Shown here: positions 27,801-42,800 of the stretch, in pieces
Position numbering within the stretch: the first letter of the stretch is position 1
Layout: each line of letters starts with the position of its first letter
DNA from: Candidatus Omnitrophota bacterium
Lineage (GTDB): Bacteria > Omnitrophota > Gorgyraeia > JAHJTE01
Assembly (NCBI GenBank): GCA_040753675.1
Contig: JBFMEB010000009.1
Location: 3,407-67,406 of the forward strand
Direction: 5' to 3'
DNA length: 64,000 nt
The notes under the pieces: model-generated
The model's input: the letters and a program-made list of their open reading frames with translations, nothing else
Databases searched by the model: none
Told to the model about the DNA's origin: nothing
Made by a program: the position numbers and the translations under genes

Positions 27801-30800
27801 GCAATTGCAGAACCGCTAATTTAGATGTTCTTGATATATTTTTAAAAGTGCTAGAACCAGATTCTGTCGGGTTTTATTTACAGCCAAGAGTTGGATTTGG
27901 CGTAAGTCGTTGGAAGAAGATTCCCCGGGAAGCGCTCTTAGCTAATTTAGGCAAAATTTCTGTCTATGCTGATCAGAATGGTAGTTTTTATGAAGTAAAA
28001 GTTGAGCCAACCGGAGTGGCAATTATTGATGCGCCAAACCTTAGCGTAGAGATAGTAAATGGGGCATCTATCCGGATAATTGATAGAGATGGTAATGTTC
28101 TTAGATGTCACAGGACCACAGAAAACTTACTACGTATTAGCGGCAGGCCGAAAGTAATAAGAATTCATGATAGCACCTGTGAGACAACAGGGATTTTAGG
28201 CGCGGATCTTCCCCGTAGACTGATTCATCGGGTGCAACTTGTTGCGAGAATATTAGGGTTAATGCCGGCTCCAAAATTTGACCGGGCCGTTAAACTCATA
28301 GGATTATTAATTCTCCTTTGGCTGGGCTTGAGCTTTGCGACCCATCTTTCCTTCTTCTTATATACTCCCTTTATCTTAGGCATGGTGGCTGTCCGGGCTA
28401 ATCAAGCTAAACGTGTCAACGAAGAAGGATTAACTGCCTGGCTAAAAGAGCGGCTACATCAAATAAACCGGCAGTTGGAGCATGTTTCTACGCAAGTCGC
28501 GAGATATAGAAACAAGCCAGAGAAACAAAAAGAGCTCTCTGGGTTAAGAAGACAGTTCAAATCAATAAGAAAACAAATTGAATTTCTCATCGGAGAAATT
28601 CCTGAAGAAGTGCCTCAAGAAAAATTCTCTGATTTAAGAGGATTTAATAAAGAGTTAAAGAATGAGATTGAAGTTTTAGATGAGAAAATTCTTGCAGCTG
28701 ATAAGCGCGAAGATGATGAGACATTGACTAAATTAAATAGCGAAAAACAAGAAAAACTTTGGCTTAGAACAAAGGCGCAATTATTATTGGCTTTAGAATT
28801 TATGAATAAAAAGGAAAGATGGGGCTTTTTTGTTTCTACAGCGCTCGTTTTAATCATTGGCGCTCGCAATAATATGCAGACTTTGCAAAATGTAGAATTT
28901 TTCTGGTTTAAGGTAAGGAAGTTTAAGGAGGCAAGACGAATAGATATTGAGCTTAAAGATTGGTTGGCTGCAGTAGTAAGGTCAGTTGAAATTGGCGAAT
29001 GGAAAATAGAAGCGCCAGAAGAGCAGGGGTGTAATCTTGTTACACATCCATGGGTAAATCATTACGGAAGACTACAAGACGGAACTATTCGAGTATCTAA
29101 AAAGCAGATAGATATCACGCTTAATTTATCCACCCTTTCCGAAGGCCTGCGTAGTATTATTCATAAATATATAGGCCAATGTAAGGAATATATGGTCTTA
29201 ATTGATATGGCAGCGCATTTACGCCATATCATTATTAATATTAGTAATTATAAAACTGCCGTGGTTTCTCAAAGGACTCAAGATGAGGCATTAGAGATTA
29301 TTAAGAGAGTAAAAGCGTGGGTCAGCCGTGGCATTTCACCTTATGCAAGAAAGAAAGTTTACGCTGATTTAGAAAATGCCTCTAAATATTTAGAGTCAGA
29401 AGGTTACGGTAAGGTTATCGAGTATTTAGAATATACGATTTCTAAATTTAAGAAGAGGATGGCTAATCTTGATAACAAACGCACAAGTTCTATTGAGCAG
29501 ATTTCTATTTTGTTAGAACAATTAAGGACGAAAATTTCTACCCAGGAGGATATAAAAGCAGGCCTGCGTCTTGCTTTACAGTCAGTAGAAAGAGATAGAC
29601 GGCTTGACTGGTGCATAAATATTTTAACTGATTTAAAAGAAAGACATTTCCTGCAAGGAAAAATTTATGAGGATAAGGCATTAGATAAAATCAATCTTGG
29701 CTTAAGTGCTGCTATCTTAATTGCAAAAGCGACTAAAGAGGAAGGCGCTTCTTTTGAGGGTATAATTTTACAAATAAGCCAGCTGCTTTCTTATTTTATT
29801 AACGAGGTTACAATCTCTACTAATCGTTATAAGCCGCAATTACCATCTGATATTAGAATTCACCTTGAAAAAGGTGATAGGGTTATCTTAGACACGAAAT
29901 TTGAAGTAGCTAAGCAGGTATTCTATTATTTATTACGGATTAAACTTAGTAGTGAAACTTTGCCTTTAGAAAACCTTTATTTAAAAGTGAGAGATAAAGA
30001 GATTTCGCCCCAACTTAAGGCACGGGTTGAGCGCTTAGAAAAAGATGGCCCAATTCAAGCTGAAAAACTAATATTATACAGAATAATAAAAACGAAATCC
30101 GGCAAAACTGCGATGCTGCGCTGGCAGGTTGATACAAGCAAAGAGGCAAGAGAACTTAGCCAGGTAAACAACAGAATCTGGAAAAACAAAAAAGAATATA
30201 TTAATCCTCGAGTTGCCAGAAGGCGTAATCGCGAATACCCAACCGGCCAAGTTGTAGCAGAAGTTGACGGAGGAATTATAGGTAAAGTATTTTCAAAGGT
30301 TATCCATACAAAAGGCGATGCTAATAGCATACCTACTCCGGTTAATAAATTAATTCATATTCCTCATGGGGACTCTAAAATTTGCTATGCAATGGGCACA
30401 GTGCCTGAATTTAACGGCGATGGGATTATTAAGCATTTCATTGGTGTTCAGATGGAACTTGCGCTTAATGAAGGAATGGAATATTTGTTTACCCATAGTC
30501 CTATTACAGCACAGCCTCTGCACGAGCGTTATGGAGCAAGGAAAGTTCGAGATGTAACTCGTTGGAAAGGCCGCCCGCCTGTTCCCGGTGTAATAATGCA
30601 ATATAGTTTAGGTCAGCTAATTTGTATCATTAGCCCATCTGCAGCAGGTACAGACTCACTAATAGGAAGGCTTATCCAGGAGTTTAGTCAGATAGGTAAA
30701 ACAGTCAGGTATACCACAAGACCTCAGCGAACCGGTGAGATTGAAGGACGCGACTATTATTTTATTTCTGATGTTGAATTCGAACAAAGATTAGCAGCTA

Positions 30801-33800
30801 ATGAGTTTTTAGCCGTGGAAAGTAGTTACGGCGCTCGCCGCGCAGTGTCAATGTCAGAATTAAAAGAAAAACTGATTACTTCAAAAATCCTTATCTTGCC
30901 ATTGGGAAGTAAAGATTCTGAACTAGAAAAAATATTAGGCACTCGCCTTACTTACGTTTATATTTCCCCGGTCAGTGAAGACCAATTACGAGATGCAGAG
31001 TTTATTAGAAAAGAACTTAAATTTAGGCATAATATGCGGCAAACATCGCCAGATGAGAATGTTGAAGAGCGCATTAGGACCGGCATTGAAATACTCGCTA
31101 AAATAACACCTGACGATGCGGTTATCTATAATCTAAGAGATAAGCAAGAAGATGCTTACAAACAACTTAAGGCAACTCTTGGCAGCCGCCTGCCAAATTT
31201 CCCGCCACTACGCTCTACATCTAATAATATTCATCTTCTCGGAGGCAAAGCAGCAGAAAAGGAGTTGGCTGTGGTTGCTTTGGGTGGGAATGATTTCAGG
31301 AAAGAAGGCCAATCGCGCGAGACTTTAGGTGATGGTATTGACCAGGCTGAACAAGAGAATATTAGAGAACGAGCAATAACTATGGTCGATTTATTGACTG
31401 ATTACCGGCTTGCATTCGTACATGGGAACGGTCCCCAGTCAGGCGATTTCTTAAATAAAGCAGCTAAGAGCGAATACGAAGCTGTAAGGAATTTGACGAG
31501 TGTCGAAGCAAATGCCAATACACAATTTGACTTGGGCAGAAAGATAAGAAATGCCTTAGTTAACGAATCAGAGAGAAGAAACCTCGCCTTAAAGGATAAA
31601 GTCCGCTTTTTACTTACTTATGTAGAAGTATCCCAGGAGAGTTTAGCTAAAGAACCCACAAAGCCAATCGGGCCTTGGTTGACTTTGGTTGAAAAACAAG
31701 AAGCAGAGCAACAACATACAGATAGAGTTTATGCACAGAAGCGGCAATCTGAAAATGGCAAAACTTGGCGTTGGCTAGTGCTATCTCCTGAACCTGTTGA
31801 TATACCAATGTCCGATAACATTAAAGCTATGATAGATGAAGGAATGATTCCAATTTGCTGCGGAGGCGGCGGCATACCTGTAGTCAGAATCGGTAAAAAT
31901 TTAGTTAAACCAGTGCAGGGAGTTATTGATAAGGATTTAGCAGCACAAAAATTAGCAGAGAAAGTCGGCTCTAAAATATTAATTATTCTTACTAATGTGC
32001 CATCTGCATTTATTAATTTTGGCAAACCGGAACAGGAACCTTTAGGAGAAATTACTGTTTCGCAAGCAAAGGCATATATGGCTAAAGGTTATTTTGGCGT
32101 AGGCAGCATGTTTGAGAAAGTCAAGGCAGGAGTTCTGCATATTGAGGCAGGTGGAAGAATTGCCATCATCACTGATATTGATCACGTAGAAGATGCTCTG
32201 GCTGGCAAAGCCGGCACGCGTATAGTTGCGGATAAAAAATCCCAATCCGGCACCATAATCTTAAAGACTCTTTTATTACTTTTTGGTATTAGTCTTGTAG
32301 GAATTGTTATTACATTTAGTTTGGGCCACGCTTGTGCGATTGTCCCTATGTTTTTATTAGGGGTGAACATAAAAAATAGGCGCTCCAGCCAGAAATCAAG
32401 AAGGCATACGGCTATACTTGCAAGCAGTAAAAATTCAGATGACATAGGATCAATTCACGAAGTTATTCGTAGCTTATTTAAGGAAGTGGTACCTCAGCTT
32501 AAGTCTTTGAGACAGTCAAGAAAAGCATATGAACAAATTTTAAGAATTTTACGTAATAAACTTTCAGGACGTTCTAGAGAGCTTATATTAAAAATAAGAG
32601 AAGCCTTGAAACATCTATTCATCTTTTATCCAGTTAGAAAAAGAAACTTTTTGAGCCTTGAATTTACTTTATTTATTCTTCTAAGTGTCCTAAAACAATC
32701 AAAAAATAATAATATAGCAAAGGCTAAAGTGACAGATGCGCTAAAGGGCTATTTGCAGTACCTCCAAGGTTATATCCTTCGTTTAGCTCCTCAAGATAAC
32801 TCTGTAATAGTTAGTTTCTTTAGTCCGAGAGGACCGATAGATGCAGGCAGTGAAGTAGAAGAGGCATTGAGATTCAAAACCTATAGCCCAAAGCCCATAA
32901 CCAAGGACACTATTGTTTTAACTCCAGACGGAGAATTCTCTTTTAGTTTAGTGTCGAATTGCACAGAAAACTGGTTCGAATTATTCTCTGCCATAAGAGA
33001 AATTAATATTAGCACTGGTAAAGAGCGCTGGAACAAAAAACAGCATAAGACACTGCGTTTTATTTGTCGTAAATGGCTTATGATGCCTCAAATCAAGATA
33101 TTCGTTGCAAGGAATGCTCAAGGTAAAATTATTGGTTACTTGATATTTCTCGATTCTGATAAAGCTTTGCGTAAAGGATGCCTTGTTCGATATATAGCGT
33201 ATTCTGGTGTCTATCCAGATTATCAGCATAAAGGAATTGGCATTGCCCTACTTAGAGCATTGGTTAATTATGCCAAAAATAAAGGCCTTAGAGATTTACG
33301 TTGTTACACAAGCGCAGACCCAGCGAGTAGCTTTAGCCAAATAGACTTTTTGCGCAAGACTGCCATTAGGTTAAACATAGAAATCAAAGAAGAGCTTATT
33401 AAGCCAGATGACGAGTATTACAGATACCCTGATGGAAGTAAAATATTAAAAGTCACCCTCGGTTCAATTCAATCTAAAGTTTATACGATTGGGACTGGCC
33501 GAAGACGCATGAGCTTATTATTTGGAAGACTTAGGCCTCTATTAGCTGACTATAGGAGCTTGTCTGCATATCAGCCTCAAGCCATAAAAGGCCTTGATAG
33601 ATTTCATTTATTAAAAATTCCTAAGTGCAATTTATCTGTTTCGCCGCCGATTACGGGATTAGAGTTTCAGCCGCTTGAAGGCTTACATCGGATAGTTAAA
33701 GGTTCTTATCATATCTCTTACGAAGAAATGGGTTGGGGAGCATTAACTGATAATGATGTAATCAGCACTTATCCTTTTGGTAATTGCTTGGCAATTGCCT

Positions 33801-36800
33801 TCCAGGGCAAAAAAGATGGCCAAACCATAACAGGTTTAGCCCATATTAACGAGAGGGTTTGGCTAACTAATGAAAATTACTGGGCAGTTAAATCTTTGAT
33901 TACATATCTAAGAGACGATTTAAAATTGCAGGCAATAAGATTATTTTTACAAGGCAACAGCCAAGATACTACTAAATTGCTTACCTTAGAAGAGGAGATG
34001 GCCACAGAGCAGGATATAGAAATATTTGTGTTGCCAGGAAGAATTTACCCTCTTTATAAAAACCACATAACACACCTGTTGGTTACAAGCTTTGCCTGTC
34101 TTTTTGTTACTGCCGGTGTGCCTTTGTGTCTATTCTGGGATAGTTCAAGCAGGCAAATAGAGAAGGAAATAGAAAAGTATAAGAAAGCATTAGAGTTGGC
34201 GCCGAAGGTGCTTAATCGCGAACATCCACAAGGTGAGCTCGGCGGTGTTTCACAAGCTTCTCAACCTTCGGGCAATAACCTTAACCGAATTCCTTTCGAA
34301 GGCTTTACCTGCCTTTATACTAAGGATGGGTTTATAGATTCTATAGTTGATAGCAAAGGCCAGTTATGGGCAGAGTATGAATATTATCCTCGAGAGCGGC
34401 AGAGAGATTTATTTAGGAGTATTAGGTTAAAGAATATTTTTGGAGCAGATGATAGTGATATATTTTTAAAGCCTTCGATATGCGATGAGGAAGAAAGAGT
34501 CCAGAGATTTTCAATTGTTCTTGGAAATAAAACTATAGGACTTGTTACATATAGAATAGACAAAAAACAGCATACTATTGAGATTTTGGCCTTCTCAATT
34601 TTAGAAGAGTATAAAGACATATCAATTATTGAGACAGTATTAAACTGGTTGGCAATGGAGGCAGCGAGAACCAAGCTGAGAGTGCAACTGTCTTTAGAGG
34701 ATGCTTTCTTAATAAGAATTGCCAGACGCTTTATTAGCGCTAAAGGCTGGCCTATACCAAAGACCTTCGTTTCCAGAGAGGTAAATGTAAGGAATTTGCT
34801 TATTAAATACAGTCGCTTCCTGTCTGATTCAACTTCTCGCATGCGAAGACGCTTAAGTTCTCAAGATATACATGAGGCGAGATCAATAATTTATGAGTTG
34901 TTGCAAATAGAGGAGCTTTACAGAAGAGGACTTAGGTTAGAAGCCATTGATGTTTTTGTTCCAACGCAGTCAGGGGAGTTAGAAATAGATGCGTTTGTAA
35001 GAAGCGCAGAAGATGAAATATACATGGTTGAAATTTTTAATTTGAGTTGGCACCACAATTTAAGACATAAATTATTTCATATATTTATTAGACATAGAGA
35101 AGATATTGAAAGATATTCAAAAGATAAATTTGGCCGTAGTCCCAAAGGATTTATTCTCTTGGTTTTTAGTAGCCATAATGAGGCGATTAATAGCGCTGAG
35201 ATAGAGAGGAGAATTCGTAGCATAGAATGTGTTCCAGAAGGATATATAGAATTAATAATTACACAGCCAAATGCCCACCAGTATTTACCTGATAATGAAA
35301 GTCTGAAAATAGCAGTTGAATCAGTGATTGGGTCATCTAATGCAGGAAATTTGCAAGGAGCAAGACAAATTTTAAGTGCTGTATTTCCTTTAGCGTTTTT
35401 TGGCTTAAGCATTAATTTGTCAACCTTAGGCATAATCGCCTTAAGTGCAATTTTGATTTATTTTATTCTTAGTGCCTCAACAAAAACTAAAAATACCATC
35501 AATGCCAGTTTAAAAAAGCCAATTGATAATCATTCAAAGAGAATTATTGTAAGGCATCTAAACGAAGGTATTGAGGCCTTGGACCGATTAGTTGGACAAA
35601 GATTGAAAGCCAGCTCGCAAGATGAATGCTTGGTTGTGGTAATCACTGGCAAAAGCGGGGCTGGCAAGACCACTCTAGGAAAAGTTATCGCAAAACGCGG
35701 TATAGGAGAGATACGAGCCGACAATGTTGAAGTTATAGCTGCAGATAGATTTTTGGCATTTTGGGCATTAGAAGATACAATAAAGCCAAAGGCATTCTTA
35801 AGAGTGTTTAATCGTGTTTTAAAAACAAAAAAAGTAATAATAGTAGACGGCATATTTAGTTATCGTCTATTTGAGGACATCCGTGGTATTGATTTAATAG
35901 ATATTCACGTCCTCCTCGAAACCCATGAAAGAATCAGGCAAAACAGATTAAAAGAGCGCGATGGAAAAAAGTACGACCCGAATAAAGGTTTAAGTGAATT
36001 TTCAAGACAGCATAGAGAATTGCCGAATTTGGTTGGCAGAGATTTAATCGTAATTAACGATGAACATGTTGATATAGAAGCATTAGTTAGCCAGAGGTGT
36101 CATGTTATGCGCCAGACCTCATTCAATAAAGGGATGGCCGGCAAGCAATTAAGCAAAAATATAAATGAATTATCGCTATCAGAGATTATTAAGAGATTGC
36201 GTTTAGCAGACAAATACTTCGAGATTGATGGGGTCAGCAAAGAAGATGAGATTTTAGTTGCTGAGGTTTTAGAAGAGCTTATTCAGCAGGGCTTGGCAGG
36301 TGCCAGGGATGTAGAGATAATAAACATCTATAACAATTTATATTCTGCAGAGCCATTTTTTGCAGCGCGCAGAGATAAAGAACTCTACTTAGGCATCAGT
36401 ATTTTTACGAATAGAAGACTTAACCGAGAGCAAAAGAAGGGTTTATTGAAAGTGTTTATATATGAAGAGATTTTATCTAAAAAATATTTATCTAAAGATT
36501 CTTCGGCTCGGAGCCAACAACTTTTATTAGAAAAAATACTTGTTTTATATAGGTTGATTCAGGCGCTTTCTAAAAATAGGCGTACTGATAAGCAATTATT
36601 TGATTTGCACTTATTTTTGACTGGTCTTATGCGATTTCCACAAGTTACACAGGAGCAGATCGCGGCATTTGAACGGCTCGTTGATACCTTTAGTCATAGT
36701 GAACATATTGACACTGCGTTAAAAGCAATAATTAGTTATATAAGAGATTATTATCCAGATTTGGATGTGCGAAGAGCTGCCTCTTTAAGAGGCAATTCTT

Positions 36801-39800
36801 TGTTAAAGGCGAGGACAATCCTTCTTGATGAAGACTTGATGGCAATGTATGAGGATAGAGAGCTTTCAGAACATGCCAGACAAGAACTTCTTGTTTTATC
36901 AAAGTCAAAAGAGACTGTTAAGCAACTTATCAGCACAATGTTAGAGCGCCATAAAGGTGATAAGGAAAGATTAGTATCTGTTGGCATAGCTATTGCTAAC
37001 TCTCTTTCTTATAGCGCTGCACTTTATGCAAGAGTTACCCAAAGACTAATGGAGATATCTCGGGATAATGGTGAATCAGCAGGGTTAGCCATTGAGATCT
37101 TAAAAGGTATTGGAGTTTTAGAAAACAGGATTACCAGTTTTGAAGAGACAAGAGAATTGATAGACAAACAAGTAAGCAGTGTAGATCCAAGCAGTCTGAG
37201 ATTTCCGGCATTTGTAGCAGAAATTCTATGCCCGGTTCGAGGGTTGCAATGTGTATACGATAAACCAAGGAGGAATTATAGCGCAGTTATGGTTCCACAC
37301 TTTTTACGTGATACAAAGGGGCCGGTTATGGTTAGGATAGACTGTTATTTTGACTCAAAATTAGGTTATTATGTCTTCAGATGGCAGAACGTACAGGGCA
37401 AAAAGAAAGAATATGTTTATTATCGAATTGTTAGTGATTCGATTGGGTTTGAACTATTCTTGCCTCAGTTTCCTAATTTAAAAGGTAATAAACATGAGAT
37501 TGCTGAACAAATTTCTAGTCAGGACCTAAATTCTAAGCAGTTTGGCGACAGGGAATATATTTTGCCAGCTAAGGATAGAGGGCTACTTACGTTCAACATA
37601 AATATAGGCAAGCGCTCTGTGACAGCTTGTATGGCAACAGGCGACATGAAAAGGGGAGTCGTAAAATTAAGAGTAATTCTTATCGAAGAGTTAGTATGTT
37701 ATTTATTCTTCCCAGTTCATAAAAGATATTCAAGTCATCAAATCCGAGACTATGAAAAAGAAGGCTTCCCCAGCATTTCTCGCGTTAAGCAGAATCCTTC
37801 TGATTATTTGTTACCGGTTAGCTTTGAGGAAATTGGGAATGCCGATCTTGAGCACTGGAGAATGGACAAGCCAATAATCTTTAAGAAAATCAGAGAAAAA
37901 TATCAGCGCGGCAAGCTTGCTCAAACACTTGGCGCATTTTCGGGAATGATAAAACCAGTAGAGATGCAGATTAATGAATATTTTGAGAGATACGGGAAGG
38001 CATTTGAAGAACTGCAAATGAGTCAGCATAATTTAACAAGTCCGAATGAGGCATTTTCTGGAATTTACAGAGAATTGGCTTCTTTGGGTATAATCCAGCT
38101 ATATTTACATAGACTAATTAATGATTATGATGTGGAATTTGGTATTGCACTGCAGGAAGTCAACCAAAACTTAGCATTAGTTGGCAATAGCTTACGTCTA
38201 TTAAAGCATAAAATAGATGATAAGCGGCAAATCGTCCAAGACGCAGAGTATCAAGTTTATGCCTTTAAGAACCGGCTCGGAATTAAACCCAAGTTTAGAA
38301 GAAAGAGTGGAAAAAGAACTAGGCCCGATGAGAGAAAACAAAAACAGGATGCGTTAGCTGCAGCGCAATTCATTATTAGGCTTATCGAATTTATTAAATT
38401 AGGCAGAATATTTAAACTTGGTAAAATAGTCACTGGTTTTGAAGAGCTGATTGCTCAAAGTGTAAGAAATGGTATAAAAACAGAAGAGGATTCAAATAGA
38501 TTAAAGACATTAACTACAACATTGCTTTGCTGGCTTTCGCCTTTAATCATTGGCTACTATACAAGAAGCATACCAATTATGGTTGGATTATTGGAAAAGA
38601 TTTCGCAGATAGAAGAAAGAGATTTTAGTGAGGTTATTAGGAGAGGGCAGGACATACTTTTAAACTTAGAGCAGATTAGGCCTTATTGTCGTCAGGTAGA
38701 ACTTTTAAAGCAAGCTTTAGATGAGTCATTAAAATGGTTCAAAGAGGTAGATAGATTAATTTCTGAAGCTTTAAAAAATTTACAAAATAAAATTAGAGGC
38801 AGATTAAGACAGCTTAATAGGAATAGCAAAGATTTGATTAAAAAAGCGCAAGACATATTCGGGATGCCCTTAAATACATTTGCCGAGAAAGAGAATTTTC
38901 TGAATTTAGCTTCAGATTGGTTAGAAGATTTTGAAATAGAAATTACTAAAAATAGATTAGGAGGCCTAACCAGAAAAAAAGGAGCGGCATCTTCCTTCCT
39001 TGATTCTCCATTTTTGCCGTTACTTTTTCTTGGTTTAGGCTTAGCAGGTTTTGGCGCATTTTATCTTTACAATTTACTATTCGGTTCCCAGGCCACTCTT
39101 GCTCCACCGGAATTAATATCACAAGCCATAACTCATCTGTCACATGTTCTAGTATCGAGTATCGAGCATCTAGTATCTATCATCTCCAATTTCCTTTCCA
39201 CCAACTACCAACTACCAACTACAAACTACTTCTTTTTGCCTTTTATCTTCGGCTCCATCTTCAGTCTCTACGATGGACTTAAAGATGATGAGCAGCCAGA
39301 TTTATTTAAAACCATAGAGGAATTATTACCATTTGCCAGGAATAGTTTTCATCCAGAAATCATAAATAAATTCCAGGAACTTTTTAATAAGGCAATAAGA
39401 AAAGCAAGGACTAATGCTGATGTAGCCTTGGCACTATCTGTAATATTAGAGGATTTATTACAACATCCGGGCAGTGGTTGTCTTAAAAACTTCTCTATAA
39501 GAACCTTAAGAATTTTGCATTCTTACTGGCCTGATATTGTCAGCGAGGCAAAGATGGCGGAGGTCTCTATTTCTAAGGCTTCATTTGAAGAAAGGCGTAG
39601 TAACCTTGAAAGAGAGTTTATAACATTTGTTAATCCCGCTAATGGGGAGGTTTTAGAGTTTAAGCATCCAAAATCAGGACAGGTTCAGAGATTTTGGCAA
39701 GGAAAGCGTGACCGTTTATTTTTCTATAAGATTCTAACAAGTCTATTATTAACAAACGGACAACTTATGGTTGAGGGCATAGAGTCTATAGGTGATGGCA

Positions 39801-42800
39801 GGATACATTTAAGCGCGCCAATCAATAAAACTATAACATTTACCCCTGGCACAAAGACAAGGATTCTGATAACCAGAATAAACATAGAACCATTAAGAGC
39901 CGGTGTGCGTACTGTTAGCGCAATACCTATAACAGATTTTTCTAAAGATGCTGATACCGATATTTTTAGGGAGAGGTTTAGTTTAGATGGTGAACTTTTA
40001 GATACGTTCTGGTTTGATTTTCCAGGACAAGACGCTGATTTAACAGTCTCAATAGGAATAGAATCATCAAACGATGCATATAAACGGAGAATATCTGTGG
40101 CTGGCAAGCCCTATTTGGTATTTGCAAAGGCGAAGAAGCATATGGTGTTAAAAGAAGCTGATGAGCCCCTCTTCGCTATGCCGATAGAAAGTATTGGGCT
40201 GGCAAGGAGGGTTGCTCGTATAACCTCATATACCCAGAGGAAGATATTTACCTTGATTAGGGTATTTCCAGGCGACGACGGACTACCAAGCATATTGTGG
40301 CGCATAGCAAATAAAATGTCCGATAGAGATAGTATATCGATAGCGAAAGTGGAGAATTTAACTATTCGTAAGTATCAGAGAAAAGATTCAGCGAGAAAAC
40401 TGGATACAAAGGGCGTAACGAGATATATAGTTGCCTTTGATGAGAGATTCTTTTTGAAGAGTGGCGCAGATATTAAAGGATGCGTTGATGGTTGGTTTTT
40501 AATTAGCAAAGATCAGCCACCAGCGCTTATTTTTTATGCGCAGTCTGGAAGAAATGATGAAAATAATTTATTTGGGAATATTTTATTATTTGACCGTTTT
40601 GGGGTTTTTGTCCGTACCGGTAATGCTGTGCCAAACGTTGATGAGATTAATGAACAGCCTTTTAATGGCAACTTTCTTATTAGTAGAAAGCAATTGTTTG
40701 GCAGCAGTAAAGCCTTGTATTGGAAGATAAGAACATCGAAAGGAAGACTTAAAACCTTGAGATGGTGTTTAGGCAGCTCTTTTAAAGAGAACGAAGTTAC
40801 GCTCTTAGTAAAGGATGGTTTTCCCCGGATAGCGCTTAGTTGCCCTGATTGGGAAGCAGGTAATCTTGATGCAGAAATATATTTATTAGAATTCAACGAA
40901 AAAACTCATCAGCGCTCAAAATCAATTGTTTCGCTCTTTGATCTGACAAAAGTTGATTATGAAATAGGCGTAAGATTATGCGCGGAATTAATCCTCCAGG
41001 ATATATTATCAATAGTTATGGAGAAGATTTATATCTCTACAGGCTACAACCACAATAATTCAGATTTAAATGTTAGAAGAAAAATGTTTATTTTAGCCAT
41101 CAAATCAGCTCTTATGCCTAAATTAAATATTTTTTCTCTTTCTAAGAAGACGTATTCGCAATTATTGCGATATTTAGTTGATGAGATAATAAGAAATATC
41201 GATGCGGCAATAGAAGGATTAGATGTAACTGAGCAAGAAAAAAAGACGGTTTGCAATTTAGTTAAAAATGTTGCTTTAAGGAGAATAAAAGCGCTCGCAC
41301 CGGAACTTTCAATTTTGGCAGATTTAGAAAAACTAAAGGATATCGCTATTCCTAAAGCTAAAAAGAGTTTTCTTGATTCTATGGCCAATAGGATGAAACC
41401 AGAGTTTGCTCAAGCATTCACAGATTTGTTTGGCTCTAAAATGGATTACGAAACCAGGCTGGCAATTTTATATTTATTATTTAAGACATTCTCATCAGCG
41501 GAAGCGCTGGGACAGGAATTGATAAGTCATCTAAGAAGCACTTTGTTAGAGAATATTGAGGCAGATATCAGAATGGCTAAGCAGATGAGCGAAGAATCAG
41601 ATTTAGGTAAGCTTGTTCAGACAGAAAAAATTCTTGAGAACATTAATTTGATTATAGGCTTAAATTCAGAGTTGGCTGTGTTTAATATAAATAAAAATAC
41701 TTTAGAAGAAATTACAGACCTATTAAGCAAGGTTAAAGCTAAAATTAGACAAATTAAAGAAGAGCAGTCAGGATTATGGTTAAAGAGAAGAGAGGTAAGT
41801 TTCTTATTAGATAAAGTGAATATTCTGCTTGATAATCAACAAAGATTAAAAGCAAGTACGCTATTGGCAGCCATAAAAACAAATTTATCAGAACAAGCTT
41901 CTTTAGAAAGAGAGATCTTAGGCGAGAGAAGCGATGAGCTTAAGGCTTTGGTAGCTAGATTTCATGTTGCTGAAGAACGATTAAAAGCAATTTCGCAATA
42001 CCGCACAAGAAGACCAGGACCGATATATGGTTTATTATTTTTAGTGTTTGCCGCCGAGTTAATTCATAATTTAATCCACCCTGCCACAAGTCCACAAGTA
42101 CTCACCGCTGGTTTTGGCAGTCTGCCACTCTGGGGAATGATAATTGGCTTGGGAGTGGTTGTAGGGTTTGGTTATTTATTAAGAAAGCAGATTTTGAAAT
42201 ATCTGATTAATCACATATTTAGACAACCTCACTGGGTATTCCATGGTGGTACGCTTAATAGATTACCTCTCATAGTTAGATACGGACAACTTATGTCTTA
42301 TTCAGCATCTGCCTTGCTGTTTAATAGAGAGGTAACAAGAAACAGACAAACCGAATCGCAGAGATTGACTCTTAAATATAAAGAAAAAGGATATGGGAGG
42401 ATTAGAACTTTTGCTCATTTATTTTGGAATATAAACATAATGTATAGATTTAGAACCAACTTCAATTATGTCTATTTAACAAATACCTTAAGACATGCCT
42501 GCTATGAGAGCAAAAAAAAACTTAATGCTTTACATGTAAGCAATGAAAGTAGGGGAGAAATTTTTGATGGGGAAATAATTCTGATATTTTCTGGAAAAGC
42601 CATTGAAAATTCTTTAATTGATTATTCATTTGGCAGACTTTTCTCTGCTCTAAAAGGTTACCTGCGATTTTCTTCTCCAGTTGATTTATCTTATTTAAGG
42701 GCGGTTATTGTAGTTAATGGACGCAAGAAGGTTATTGAGGAACTCTTGGTTCAGAGTGGTTATGATGATGTAGAGGTCATTGGAGTTGAGTCTTTTGATT

